A DNA stretch of 63,639 bases, filler included, from an uncultured Ignavibacteriales bacterium (GTDB taxonomy: Bacteria > Zixibacteria > MSB-5A5 > GN15 > JAAZOE01), in assembly GCA_964611355.1 (NCBI GenBank). It is 5 parts of 5 records of this genome, joined end to end, with 100 filler letters (N's around TTAATTAATTAA, not from the genome) between each part and the next. Parts side by side here need not be neighbours in the genome. Positions count along the whole stretch, not along the records: positions 41,959 to 55,593 come from CAZSYD010000059.1; positions 55,694 to 63,639 come from CAZSYD010000077.1; 3 more parts are not named here. One strand, written 5' to 3'. Position numbers and translations under genes: made by a program. Shown in pieces: positions 53,616-63,639 of this stretch. The notes below the pieces were generated by a model. The model was not told the DNA's origin. It saw only the letters and a program-made list of their open reading frames with translations, and ran no database searches. How positions within the stretch are numbered: the first letter of the stretch is position 1; each line of letters begins with the position of its first letter.

Positions 53616-55593
53616 ATGAAAAGGCTAACGATCCTCATCCTTATCGCGGTATTTGTTCTTGCCGGATTTGTCGTGGCCCAGGATCCGAAAATCATCAAGA
53701 ATGAATACGGTGAAAAGAAGATTTACGTGCCCTTCCATAAACCGCCGCCCAGCATGTATTATGTTCCCAACGAAATGGTGTTGAAACTCAAAGACAATGT
53801 CGAAACCACCGTCGCTGTGACTGCTGAAGAGATTACCTGCACCGGCGTGCCGGGTCTGGACAAACTGAACAGGAAATTCGGGGTTAGAAAGTTTGCCAGG
53901 CAATTTCCCGATATACCGGCCAGGATAAGGGAAGCGGAACGGGAAGTCAAAACTAAAGAAATCGATATGTCGCGTTATTATGTCCTCGATTTTGACGCAA
54001 AATACAAACTCGAGGAGGTAATGAAAGCTTATGCCGACGAAGTATCGGTCGAGAAGGTAGAGCCGATTGGCATTCACCCGGTTTACGAAAAGATTCCGAA
54101 TGACCAGTACTTCCTGACCGACCAGTGGAATCTCTATGAGCCTAATGATCATGATGTTGACGCCACCGACGCCTGGGACTACGAAACCGGCGACATAACT
54201 GTTATTCTGGGCGATCTCGATACCGGCCTGCAATACAATATGGCCGATCTCGGCGGCAGTTCGCCTTATACGCAGGGGAACGTCTGGATAAACTGGCCGG
54301 AGTATAATGGCGCAGCCGGTGTCGATGATGACGGCAACGGCTATGTAGACGACTGGGTCGGCTGGGACTTTGTAAACAATGTGTATAACGTCTGGCCGGG
54401 CGAAGACTCCACCAAACCGGATAATGAGCCGACTGACTTCAACGGCCACGGCTCTCACGTCGGCGGCATCATGGGCGCCATCACCAACAACAACAGAGGG
54501 ATCGCCGGACTGGCGGGGGGCTGGAACACCGGGGCCAATGATCCGGCCAATGGTGTTAAGGTAATGGCTTGCCGTATCGGTTGGTCGGCTCCGCATCCGA
54601 TCTACGGTTACGAGGTTGGCTACGTCCGAATGGACTTCGCCGCCGAAGCGATTTACTATGCCGTCAACAACGGGGCCGACGCCATTAATTGCAGCTGGGG
54701 TTCTTCATATACGGGCAACCTGGCCGCGGCGCTTGATTATGCCGCCGCCAACGACGTCGTTGTGGTGGCCGCTGCCGGCAATTCAGGGAATCAGCAGGCC
54801 GATTATTTGGGGACCCGCCCTGAAGTCATTGACGTTTGTGCCACCGACTCCTTCGATGTCAAAGCTTCATGGTCGAACTACGGCACCTGGGTTGATCTGT
54901 CTGCTCCGGGAGTTGATATATTAAGTACTTACTCGTTCCATTATGCCCATTATTACGCCTGGGTTAGTGGGACCTCGCAGGCGGCTCCGCACGTCACCGC
55001 GGCCGCGGGACTTCTAAGATCACATAACCCCGACCTGTCAAGCCAGGAAATTTTCGATATCCTCGTCAATACTACCGATGATATCGATCATCTAAACCCG
55101 TCTTATGCGGGTCTGATGGGTTCCGGACGGCTCAACGTATTTAAGGCGGTCGATGCCTCCTACGCGCCCTCAGTCACGGTTACTTACCCTAATGGAGGCG
55201 AGGTCTTTTACATCGGGCAAATTGTTACCGTTACCTGGGACGCTTCGGATAACGTCGGCATTACTTCCACCGACGTCGATTATTCCGTTGACGGAGGCGA
55301 CTCCTGGATGCCGATTGCCGGCCTGCCCGGTAATCCGGGCGAATACGACTGGACAGTTACCGGGCCGCCGTCGAGTACCTGCAGGATGAAGGTAACCTGT
55401 TACGATGCCGCGGGCACGGCCGGGGATGATATGTCTGATGAGGACTTCTGTCCGCCGTACAAACGTCTGACCAATCAGCAGTCATTTGCGATAGCAGGCG
55501 AGGGTGCTCTGCCGGCCGAATTTGCCCTGTACCAAAACCATCCCAACCCGTTCAACCCGACCACAAAGATAGAGTTCAGTTTGCCGCAGCCGT
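53616..55593 (+). CDS. Secreted S8 subtilisin-like protease with Ig-like domain and FlgD/T9SS-like tail (truncated)
   Basis: Signal peptide, LDTG, HGSHVGG, AAGNSG, GTSQAAPHV; PNGGE Ig motif; QNHPNPFNPTT. Confidence 0.93.
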
Positions 55594-55693
55594 NNNNNNN
55601 NNNNNNNNNNNNNNNNNNNNNNNNNNNNNNNNNNNNNTTAATTAATTAANNNNNNNNNNNNNNNNNNNNNNNNNNNNNNNNNNNNNNNNNNNN
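55594..55693. other. Artificial contig linker
   Basis: N44-TTAATTAATTAA-N44. Confidence 0.97.
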
Positions 55694-56550
55694 CCTGAAA
55701 TGACAAGGGCAAGGAATATAAACAGCCCGCCGATGGCGCCGTGCATCACGAATTTTTCGCCGCCGATAGTCCAGGCAAAAGCTCCGGCGAAGACCGGTTC
55801 CAGGGCAAAAATCAGCGAAACTCTGAGCGGCGAGGTAATCTTTTGAGCCAGCATCTGGATAACGAAAGCTGTCAGCGTCGGAAAGAGAGCCAGAAAGACA
55901 ACTGTCCAAAAGGCCGCTTTCGATCCCACTGTGAAAGGCAGCCCAAAAAGCAAACCGGTTATCAGGCTGAAAATTCCGACCAGAAGGAATTGCTGACAAC
56001 TGATTATGTATGGATCAACGCCCCCCTTCATATATTTATCGGAAAAAAGCAGATGCAGGGCGTACGCCATGGCGGCGATGAGAGTCAAAAGATCGCCGGC
56101 GTTGAATTTAGTAAGTCCGCCGGTGAGTATCCATAGACCGATCAGGGCCACGCCGGAGGCGATCACCTCCATTAGGGTCGGCCTGCGTTTGAATATCGTC
56201 CGCAGAAACAGCGGCACAAAAGCCACGAAAAGCCCGGTGATAAATCCGGAGTTGGAAGCGGTCGTAATCCCCAGCCCGATTGTCTGCGGAATATAGAGGG
56301 ACCAGAGGATAACGGCCAGAAAAAGGGCTTTGCCAAACCCTTCAAGAATCGGTCTTCGGGAAATCAGCAGAAAGGTTAAAAGAACCGCACCGGCCAAAAG
56401 AAAGCGATAAGCGACCATGATAACCGGGTCGATATCATCAAGGGCGCCTTTGACCAGAAAAAAGGTTGATCCCCAGACGGCCGCGGCATAAAAAAGGCCT
56501 AAGTCGGCCAGACGTTTTTTGCTTCGCGAATAAACAGGCTGTTCAGTCAT
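55694..56550 (-). CDS. EamA/DMT family transporter (3'-truncated)
   Basis: VWGSTF, RF, QTIGL..TTAS.SGFITGL, GDLLTL, LEPVFA. Confidence 0.9.
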
Positions 56551-56574
56551 GGCGGCTTATTGATTACTCAATGA

Positions 56575-58035
56575 TTATATATCCGGCGCTTCGTACTTTT
56601 TCACCCACCGCGAATAAAAATAGATACAGATAGCCGAGGCGAACCCGATAACGGCAAACCGATACCATAATTCATATGGATGATAAGTATTCCACAGAAG
56701 CGAGGTGGCTTCGACGGCGTCGATACCGAGATATTCCTGCAGTTTTATCATCGCTTCCGGCCGGGTAATCGCTTCGGTTATGCCGTGATGCTCGGAAAGA
56801 TACCTGATGGCCAGGTTGGCCTTGTCGCCCATATTTTCGTACACCGTGCCGCCCAGCCATGAGCCGTAAGCCCAGCCGATCGCAAGGGGAATATTGGCGT
56901 AACCCATGTAAAGAGCTTTTTCCCCTTCCGGAGCGATAACTCCGAGATATTCGTTCATCTTTGGCGAGGCCAGCATTTCGCCGACCGAGAAGCAGAGAAT
57001 ACCCAGAAGGCAGAAGTATCCGGAAGTCGTAAATCCTGCGGCGATAAGGCCGATTGAGGCGATGGTAATGCCAAGCATAATGGAATGGGTCCGGCGCAGG
57101 CGCGATACCAGCCAGGAGATAAAAACGACGCAAAGGATGATAAGTCCCGCGTTGGCGTTGATCAGCCATTCCTGGGCGATCTGGGTGCCGCGGGCCGTTT
57201 CGACCGTCATAAACCAGGGAAGGTGGAACCTTTCAACAATCATCGAGGAATCAACCCAATCGACAATGAAGTTGGGAAGCATATCAAAAAGCTGCATGAA
57301 CATCAGCCAGAAACCTGACATAATCAGGATAAACACCGCCAGTCTCGGTTGAATAATATTGCGAAGAGTTATTTTTACAATTTTCCAGACACCGCCTGTT
57401 TGAACTCCACCTGCCGGGATAGATTTATAGGTGAAAAGCATCAGGTAATTGACGGAAACGATAACGGCGCAGCCGTAAAAAACGGTCGGCCAGGACCAGC
57501 CGTAAAGATAATGGGCCAGCGGCGGGCCGAGAAATCCGCCGATATTGACCAGCATGTAGAATGTTCCCCAACCGATCGAGGAGTTCTTTTTGGTCAGCGT
57601 TCGTACCAGGGTACCCTGTACGCCCGGCTTGAAAATGGCCGTACCTGCGGCCAGGACGCAGCAGCCAAGTAAAAAGGGATAGAATTCCCGCTGGGTGGCC
57701 ATCATCAAATAACCGATAACCTTGACGGTAATGGAAAAGGCGATTGTCTTTTTATAGCCGTACCGGTCGGCGAAGCCGCCGGAAAAGACCGGCACCAGCG
57801 ACTGGACCAGCGCCCACCAGAAAAATATCCATCCCTTTTCGATTTGAGTGAAATGGAGGCCGTGGATCTCGTCGGCCTGAGCGATATAGATCGGGATAAC
57901 CACCCGGACGCCGTAGTAGGCAAGACGTTCGAACATCTCCATGATGTTGACCATCCAGAAAGCACGCGGGAAACGAATTATGGTCTTGAACATTTTTTCT
58001 TTTTTCCCGCCGCCTGCGGCAGATGTATCCGTCAA
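56575..58035 (-). CDS. MFS transporter, POT/PTR-like (possible peptide importer)
   Basis: ExxERxxYYG motif (EMFERLAYYG), GGFADRYG, FKP, FYMLVNIGG, GEMLASP. Confidence 0.85.
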   Translation of the reverse strand: MTDTSAAGGGKKEKMFKTIIRFPRAFWMVNIMEMFERLAYYGVRVVIPIYIAQADEIHGLHFTQIEKGWIFFWWALVQSLVPVFSGGFADRYGYKKTIAFSITVKVIGYLMMATQREFYPFLLGCCVLAAGTAIFKPGVQGTLVRTLTKKNSSIGWGTFYMLVNIGGFLGPPLAHYLYGWSWPTVFYGCAVIVSVNYLMLFTYKSIPAGGVQTGGVWKIVKITLRNIIQPRLAVFILIMSGFWLMFMQLFDMLPNFIVDWVDSSMIVERFHLPWFMTVETARGTQIAQEWLINANAGLIILCVVFISWLVSRLRRTHSIMLGITIASIGLIAAGFTTSGYFCLLGILCFSVGEMLASPKMNEYLGVIAPEGEKALYMGYANIPLAIGWAYGSWLGGTVYENMGDKANLAIRYLSEHHGITEAITRPEAMIKLQEYLGIDAVEATSLLWNTYHPYELWYRFAVIGFASAICIYFYSRWVKKYEAPDI

Positions 58036-58222
58036 AGCGGTATCCTCGTCTTGTGGTTGGCAGATTAGGGATAAAAGTATGGTATGGGATTATAAGTGTC
58101 AATAAAGGTCTGAATTATTTTCTCGCCTTGCCCGGCGAATATGATTTTCTACTCCAAGAAGTCGTATTATATTGCTCCTGCCGGGATGATTTTCCCGGAA
58201 AGACGGGAATTGCAGGATACGG

Positions 58223-59608
58223 ATGAACAGCAAGAAAACAATTTCCAAAGTGGCCGAAACCATCGCCGATTATTCTCTCGTCAACCAGGGGGATAAGGTT
58301 CTGGTGGGGTTTTCCGGTGGGCCGGATTCAGTGGCCTTGCTGCATATCCTTTCCCGATTGTCGCGAAAGCTGGGGATCAAACTGGGCGCCGTTTATCTAA
58401 ATCATCTCCTGCGTCGTCGCGCCGCTCAAAAAGAGGCTCGTTTCTGCGCCGACTTCTGCGGCCGTCTTTCGGTGTCTTTCTATTACGAGGAGGCCGACAT
58501 TAATGTCCTGGCCGAAAAAGAAAAAGCCGGCATTGAAGAGATAGCTCGCCGGCATCGCTACCGGGTTTTAACAACTCTGGCTCAAGATAAAGGTTATGAT
58601 AAAGTAGCCGTCGGCCATCACCGGGATGATAGGGTCGAAACGATTCTGTTCAACCTGTTTCGAGGGTCCGGACGGCAGGGAATAATCGGCATGCCGCCCA
58701 AGCGTCAGAATATCATCAGGCCTCTTTTTGATATCAATCGCGAGGAGATCATGGAGTACCTTCAGGTGAACAATCTCGCGTATATGATTGACCGTTCCAA
58801 CCTGAGTCGCAAATTCACCCGCAACCGGATTCGCCACAGGCTGCTTCCCCTGATTAAAAAAGAGATTGCCGATCGAGCCGACGAAAATATCATCCGCTTC
58901 TCCGATATAATGGCCGGGGAAGAAGATTTCCTGTATCAAAAATCGCACAGACTATACCAAAAGGTGACTTCAAAGACGCCTGGAGGGAAGATTAGGCTTG
59001 ATTTGACGGAGTTTATGGGGTATGATTTATGGTTAAAGCGGCGACTGGCGATGCAATTGCTGGACGAGATCGGTCTTTGGGATGCGGAGTATGCCGATGT
59101 TGAGCGGATACTTGCTCTGGCCGGTCGGACCGGCGATTCCCGCCTGTCGGTCAGGAAAGACCTGACGGCTGAGAAAGCGGGAGAATACCTGTATTTGTAT
59201 CGTCCTGGAAGCAGAATAGAAACGTGTCAGGCGGCTGTTCCGGGTGTTTTTCGTCTGAAGCATCCCCGGTTGTGGATCAGTTTTGAATATGTCGATCATT
59301 ACCGTGTAGAAAGGGTAAGAGAAAGCCGGGGCAAAGTTGCTTATATTGACGCCGATAAACCGGATGGAAAGCTGTACGTTGCCGGGTTGAAACGCGGGAT
59401 GAGAATTCATCCTTACGGGCGCCCGGGGTCGAAAAAGGCAGGCGATTTCTTAACCGATAGAAAATATCCGCGACCGCTTCGTGATGAGTTGGCGGTATTA
59501 TACGACGGGCGGGGAATTGTCTGGCTGGCCGGGCTTGAGATAGACGAAAGAGTAAAAGTAGATAAACAAACCATAAAGACGGTGAAACTTGAAGTCGGGA
59601 ACTACTAA
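58223..59608 (+). CDS. tilS: tRNA(Ile)-lysidine synthetase
   Basis: SGGPDS PP-loop, GHHRDD..ET, IRPL, D.SN, RNRIR. Confidence 0.96.
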   Translation: MNSKKTISKVAETIADYSLVNQGDKVLVGFSGGPDSVALLHILSRLSRKLGIKLGAVYLNHLLRRRAAQKEARFCADFCGRLSVSFYYEEADINVLAEKEKAGIEEIARRHRYRVLTTLAQDKGYDKVAVGHHRDDRVETILFNLFRGSGRQGIIGMPPKRQNIIRPLFDINREEIMEYLQVNNLAYMIDRSNLSRKFTRNRIRHRLLPLIKKEIADRADENIIRFSDIMAGEEDFLYQKSHRLYQKVTSKTPGGKIRLDLTEFMGYDLWLKRRLAMQLLDEIGLWDAEYADVERILALAGRTGDSRLSVRKDLTAEKAGEYLYLYRPGSRIETCQAAVPGVFRLKHPRLWISFEYVDHYRVERVRESRGKVAYIDADKPDGKLYVAGLKRGMRIHPYGRPGSKKAGDFLTDRKYPRPLRDELAVLYDGRGIVWLAGLEIDERVKVDKQTIKTVKLEVGNY

Positions 59609-60143
59609 ATTAAGGGCCGAGCCGTTTGAACTTCTATTTTCGCAGGAACGTATAGAGAGTAGGATAGGCGAGATCGGCCGGCTTATTTCGCGCGAATATG
59701 CCGGCAAAAACCCTGTGCTTCTGGGTGTATTAAAAGGATGTTTTGTATTTATGGCTGACCTGATCCGAGCCATTACCATTCCTTCCGAGGTGGAGTTTAT
59801 CTCCGCCCATAGTTACGGTTCGGACATCGACCCGGGGCAGTTGACTCTGTCGGGAGGGCCGGAAGTATCGCTTAAAAGCCGGCACGTTTTGATAATCGAA
59901 GGGATTGTGGATACCGGTCGGACGGCGGCTTTGATAGTGGGAGCGATTAAAAGGATGGAACCGGCCAGTTATGAGATTGTTACATTATTGAACAAGACCG
60001 GCCGACGGGAGGTCAATATTGATATTAAGTATTCAGGTTTTGAGATCGGCCATGATTTTGTCATCGGTTACGGCCTTGATCGTGCCCAGCTTTACCGCAA
60101 CCTGCCATTTATCGGAAAGGTTATTGAGAAAAACGGTGGCTAA
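59589..60143 (+). CDS. hpt: Hypoxanthine phosphoribosyltransferase
   Basis: VLKG..FMADL, VLIIEGIVDTGRT, FVIGYGLD...YRNLP; tilS-hpt-ftsH synteny. Confidence 0.93.
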   Translation: MKSGTTKLRAEPFELLFSQERIESRIGEIGRLISREYAGKNPVLLGVLKGCFVFMADLIRAITIPSEVEFISAHSYGSDIDPGQLTLSGGPEVSLKSRHVLIIEGIVDTGRTAALIVGAIKRMEPASYEIVTLLNKTGRREVNIDIKYSGFEIGHDFVIGYGLDRAQLYRNLPFIGKVIEKNGG

Positions 60144-60159
60144 TCTGGAGAACTTCCGA

Positions 60160-62139
60160 ATGGATGAAAAGCAGCGTAAAATGCTTCAATTGCCCGGTCG
60201 TGATCCCGGAGATAACCGGGACAAATCTCCAAAGGGCGACAAGGACAAGAAGGAAGGTTTATCCTGGCGCGGCCAGGGGCGGTCGCTGCTTTTCTGGATT
60301 GTCATCGCTCTGGCAGCCCTGGCCATTTTTAGTATCCTCAGCGGTACCTCTGGTGACATGGCCGCCATTTCCTACTCGGATTTTCTGAGGTATCTTGATC
60401 AGAATAAAATCGCCTCGGTCGTATTCGTGGAGAAAGATATCAATGGACGCTTTACCGAAGAAATAACCGTTGCCGGTGTCTCGGGAAGCAATAAGTATAA
60501 AAAGTTTTCAGTCAGAATTCCTTTCGAGGATCCAGAACTCGTGGAAAAGTTGACCGACGCCGGAGTGGCCATTAAAGCCATGGAGAAAGGTCTCAACTGG
60601 GGCGGGATACTTCTATCGATCGCGCCGTGGATGCTGTTTATTTTTGTCTGGCTGTTCATGCTGCGCCAGATGCAGGGCGGAGCGGGGGGACCAAAGGGGA
60701 TTTTCTCGTTCGGGAAAAGCCGCGCCAAACTGGTCAGCGAGGAGCGTCCCAAGATAACCTTTGCCGATGTGGCCGGAGCCGACGAGGCCAAGGAGGAGCT
60801 TTCCGAGATTATTGAATTCCTAAAGGACGCCGGTAAATTTCAGAGATTGGGCGGCAAAATTCCGAAAGGAGCCCTTCTTTTGGGCGCACCCGGGACTGGC
60901 AAAACGCTTCTGGCCCGAGCGGTGGCCGGCGAAGCCGGCGTGCCGTTTTTCTCCATGTCCGGTTCCGATTTTGTTGAGATGTTTGTCGGTGTCGGTGCTT
61001 CGCGGGTTCGTGATTTATTTGAGCAGGGGAAGAAAAATGCGCCCTGTATAGTATTTATCGACGAGATTGACGCCGTCGGGCGTCATCGCGGCGCCGGTCT
61101 GGGCGGCGGACATGACGAACGGGAACAGACGCTAAATCAATTATTAGTGGAGATGGACGGCTTTGAGTCAAAGGAAGGGGTTATTCTTCTGGCCGCGACC
61201 AACCGGCCGGATGTTCTCGACCCGGCGCTGCTTCGACCCGGACGATTTGATCGGCAGATAGTTGTCGATATTCCCGATGTCCGTGGGAGAGAAGGCATAT
61301 TCAAAGTCCATACCCGCAAGGTAAAAATTGATGATGATGTCGATCTCAAGATTCTGGCTCGCGGTACGCCCGGGCTTTCGGGGGCGGATATCGCCAACCT
61401 GGTCAATGAGGCGGCTCTGCTGGCGGCCCGGAAAGAAAAAGGCGCAGTCGATATGGATGATTTTGAAGAGGCCAAGGATAAGGTGATGATGGGGGCGGAG
61501 CGCCGGTCGATGGTGATAAGCGACAAGGAGAAGAATATGACCGCTTACCATGAAAGCGGTCATGCGCTGCTGGGCAAACTGGTTCCCAATGCTGACCCGG
61601 TTCACAAGGTAACCATCGTGCCGCGCGGCATGGCGCTTGGATTGACTCATTTTCTTCCGGTCGATGAAAAGCATACCTATCCTCGTGATTATCTTGAAGC
61701 CAAGCTGTTGTTTTTGATGGGCGGCCGGGTGGCCGAAAAACTGGTTTTTGACCATTTGACTACCGGCGCAGGTAACGATATCCAGCAGGCCACGGAACTT
61801 GCCCGCAAGATGGTTTGCAACTGGGGTATGTCGGACAAAATCGGCCCGCTTGGCTTTGGACACCAGCAGGAGCATATTTTCCTGGGCCGTGAGATTCAGC
61901 AGCATCGAGACTACTCGGAGCAAACGGCAGAGTTGATTGACAGTGAAATCAAACGTTTTGTCGAAGAAGCCGAGCAGAAAGCAACCGAACTTTTAGCGAA
62001 CAATATAGACAAACTGCACGCTCTGGCGAAGGCTCTTCTGGAGAAAGAAATACTCGATGGCAACGAAATCGATATCATCATCGGGAATAAAAAAGACCAA
62101 CCGGAGTCAACCCCCGAAAAAGCCCCGCAAAGCGATTGA
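60160..62139 (+). CDS. ftsH: ATP-dependent zinc metalloprotease FtsH
   Basis: Two TMs, [22 protein letters not shown]; start placed at ATG 60160. Confidence 0.97.
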   Translation: MDEKQRKMLQLPGRDPGDNRDKSPKGDKDKKEGLSWRGQGRSLLFWIVIALAALAIFSILSGTSGDMAAISYSDFLRYLDQNKIASVVFVEKDINGRFTEEITVAGVSGSNKYKKFSVRIPFEDPELVEKLTDAGVAIKAMEKGLNWGGILLSIAPWMLFIFVWLFMLRQMQGGAGGPKGIFSFGKSRAKLVSEERPKITFADVAGADEAKEELSEIIEFLKDAGKFQRLGGKIPKGALLLGAPGTGKTLLARAVAGEAGVPFFSMSGSDFVEMFVGVGASRVRDLFEQGKKNAPCIVFIDEIDAVGRHRGAGLGGGHDEREQTLNQLLVEMDGFESKEGVILLAATNRPDVLDPALLRPGRFDRQIVVDIPDVRGREGIFKVHTRKVKIDDDVDLKILARGTPGLSGADIANLVNEAALLAARKEKGAVDMDDFEEAKDKVMMGAERRSMVISDKEKNMTAYHESGHALLGKLVPNADPVHKVTIVPRGMALGLTHFLPVDEKHTYPRDYLEAKLLFLMGGRVAEKLVFDHLTTGAGNDIQQATELARKMVCNWGMSDKIGPLGFGHQQEHIFLGREIQQHRDYSEQTAELIDSEIKRFVEEAEQKATELLANNIDKLHALAKALLEKEILDGNEIDIIIGNKKDQPESTPEKAPQSD

Positions 62140-62695
62140 CAAAGAAAAAGTCGCCGAAGGGGTGCGCCTGATCCTTGAAGGAATCGGCGAGGACGTTAAT
62201 CGCGACGGTCTGGTCAGGACTCCCCAGCGGGTGGCCGATTTTTACGAGGAAGCTTTTGCCGGACTGGGAGTTGATCCGCGGGAAAAGGTTACCCTTTATA
62301 CCGCCGATAATCGTGATGAGCTGATCATCGTCCGCGACATCTCTTTCTATTCGATGTGCGAACATCACCTGCTGCCGTTTTTCGGCAAGGCTCATATCGC
62401 CTATGTACCGGGTAACAATAAGATTACGGGGTTTTCGCATTTGGCGCGGGTGATCGAAACGCTGGCCAGAAGGCCGACCACACAGGAGGTTTTGACTTCC
62501 GAGGCGGCCAATATCCTTAAAAAAACTATCAGACCCAAAGGCATATTGATTGTTACCGAGGCCGAACATCTCTGCCTGACAATGCGGGGTATCAAAAAGC
62601 CGGGATCGATGACGATTACTTCGGCTATTCGCGGCTGCCTGCGCAACGAGGGGACGCGGGCCGAGGCGTTTGCTCTGATTAAGGGGGCAAGGTAA
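62057..62695 (+). CDS. folE: GTP cyclohydrolase I (start uncertain)
   Basis: GL..TP.RVA, SMCEHHLLPF, AEHLCLTMRG. Confidence 0.93.
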   Translation: MATKSISSSGIKKTNRSQPPKKPRKAIDKEKVAEGVRLILEGIGEDVNRDGLVRTPQRVADFYEEAFAGLGVDPREKVTLYTADNRDELIIVRDISFYSMCEHHLLPFFGKAHIAYVPGNNKITGFSHLARVIETLARRPTTQEVLTSEAANILKKTIRPKGILIVTEAEHLCLTMRGIKKPGSMTITSAIRGCLRNEGTRAEAFALIKGAR

Positions 62696-62737
62696 CGCTC
62701 ACTATCATTATAATTTTTTTTCCATGGACGGACAATA

Positions 62738-63568
62738 ATGAAATCTATTCCACTGGCCGACGGCAGAAAACTTGACCTGACCCGGCCACTGCTCATGGGG
62801 ATAATCAACTGCACGCCCGATTCATTTGCTATTCGTTATGAAACAACAGAAAAGGCGGTCGCTCAAGCCCGGCGGATGATCGACGAAGGGGCCGATATTA
62901 TTGATGTCGGCGGCGAATCGAGCCGCCCCGGGTCCGAGCCCGTTCCGACCGAAGTGGAACTTGAGCGGGTTCTGCCGGTGATAGAAAAAATCCACGGAAT
63001 GTCCGATATTGCCGTCTCAATCGATACCGTCAAGGCCGCCGTTGCCGAAAAAGCGTTGACAGCCGGAGCCGACATTATTAATGATATATCGGCGCTTTCA
63101 TTTGACGCGGCTATGGCGGAGATTGCCGTTCGTTTCGGCTGTCCCGTAGTTTTGCTGCACATGAAAGGGACGCCGAGGACGATGCAGGACGATCCTTATT
63201 ATGACGATGTAATAAAAGAGATCGCCGATTATTTTGAGCAAAGGATTGCCTTTGCCGCGACACGCGGCATTGCCGAAGAAAAGATTATTCTCGACGTGGG
63301 CATAGGTTTCGGCAAAAGAACCATTGATAATTTGATGTTGATAAAACACCTGTCGGCTTTTAAGAAGTTCGGTCGGCCGCTTATGGTTGGCGCTTCGCGC
63401 AAACGGTTTATCGGTGAATTAACGGGCGAAAACGTTGATAAACGAATTGACGGTTCCCTGGCGGCGGCGGCCATGGCTGTTCTGAACGGGGCCGATATTA
63501 TTCGTGTTCATGAAGTCGCTCAGACAAGAAACGTCATGGATATGGCGGCGGCGGTTCGCGAGGTTTAG
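62738..63568 (+). CDS. folP: Dihydropteroate synthase
   Basis: MGIIN.TPDSF, DVGGESSRPG, SIDT, D.GIGFGK, SRKRF, RVHEV. Confidence 0.96.
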   Translation: MKSIPLADGRKLDLTRPLLMGIINCTPDSFAIRYETTEKAVAQARRMIDEGADIIDVGGESSRPGSEPVPTEVELERVLPVIEKIHGMSDIAVSIDTVKAAVAEKALTAGADIINDISALSFDAAMAEIAVRFGCPVVLLHMKGTPRTMQDDPYYDDVIKEIADYFEQRIAFAATRGIAEEKIILDVGIGFGKRTIDNLMLIKHLSAFKKFGRPLMVGASRKRFIGELTGENVDKRIDGSLAAAAMAVLNGADIIRVHEVAQTRNVMDMAAAVREV

Positions 63569-63639
63569 ATGGAGCTTTTCACCATAGATTTCATCAAGTT
63601 CCGCCTGGTTGACCTGGTCGATATTCTTATCGTCGGCTA
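63569..63639 (+). CDS. cdaA: Start of a probable diadenylate cyclase CdaA (cut by window end)
   Basis: MELFTIDFIKFRLVDLVDILIVG immediately after folP; D..DI.IV first TM and folP-cdaA synteny. Confidence 0.6.
   Translation, partial: MELFTIDFIKFRLVDLVDILIVG

Overview
Bacterial genome fragment, probably a metagenome-assembled genome. Dockerin-tailed surface proteins and a 'QNHPNPFNPTT' FlgD/T9SS-like tail suggest candidate phylum Zixibacteria (inference). It is five contigs joined by N44-TTAATTAATTAA-N44 linkers (14049, 28059, 41859, 55594), so adjacency across linkers is meaningless. Contig 1: lon-engB-purA, two tRNA-Lys genes, a small secreted-protein gene coupled to a TPR + sigma54 enhancer-binding protein followed by a sigma54 promoter and a ~90-nt terminated non-coding unit, then DUF6125, M24 peptidase, NUDIX, a sodium:solute symporter and an AlgE-like porin. 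Contig 2: a Rex-boxed NuoE / NuoF-GltD fusion / Fe-S / stand-alone glutamate synthase FMN-domain operon, a KamA radical SAM enzyme, an SPFH zinc-ribbon pair and an S9 peptidase. Contig 3: giant Ig/cadherin-like repeat and dockerin surface proteins. Contig 4: recombinase remnant, HDOD, MscS, sigma54/IHF-type hsp20-clpB, Gld-like ABC system, S8 protease. Contig 5: DMT and POT transporters, tilS-hpt-ftsH-folE-folP-cdaA. The best candidate for an undescribed system is 4838-7948: a possible peptide-sensing (RRNPP-like) TPR-sigma54 activator driving an anti-Shine-Dalgarno sRNA, reminiscent of LuxO-Qrr logic. The second is the Rex-controlled bifurcating-type oxidoreductase coupled to an amidotransferase-less glutamate synthase domain. 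All calls were made by eye; no searches were run.
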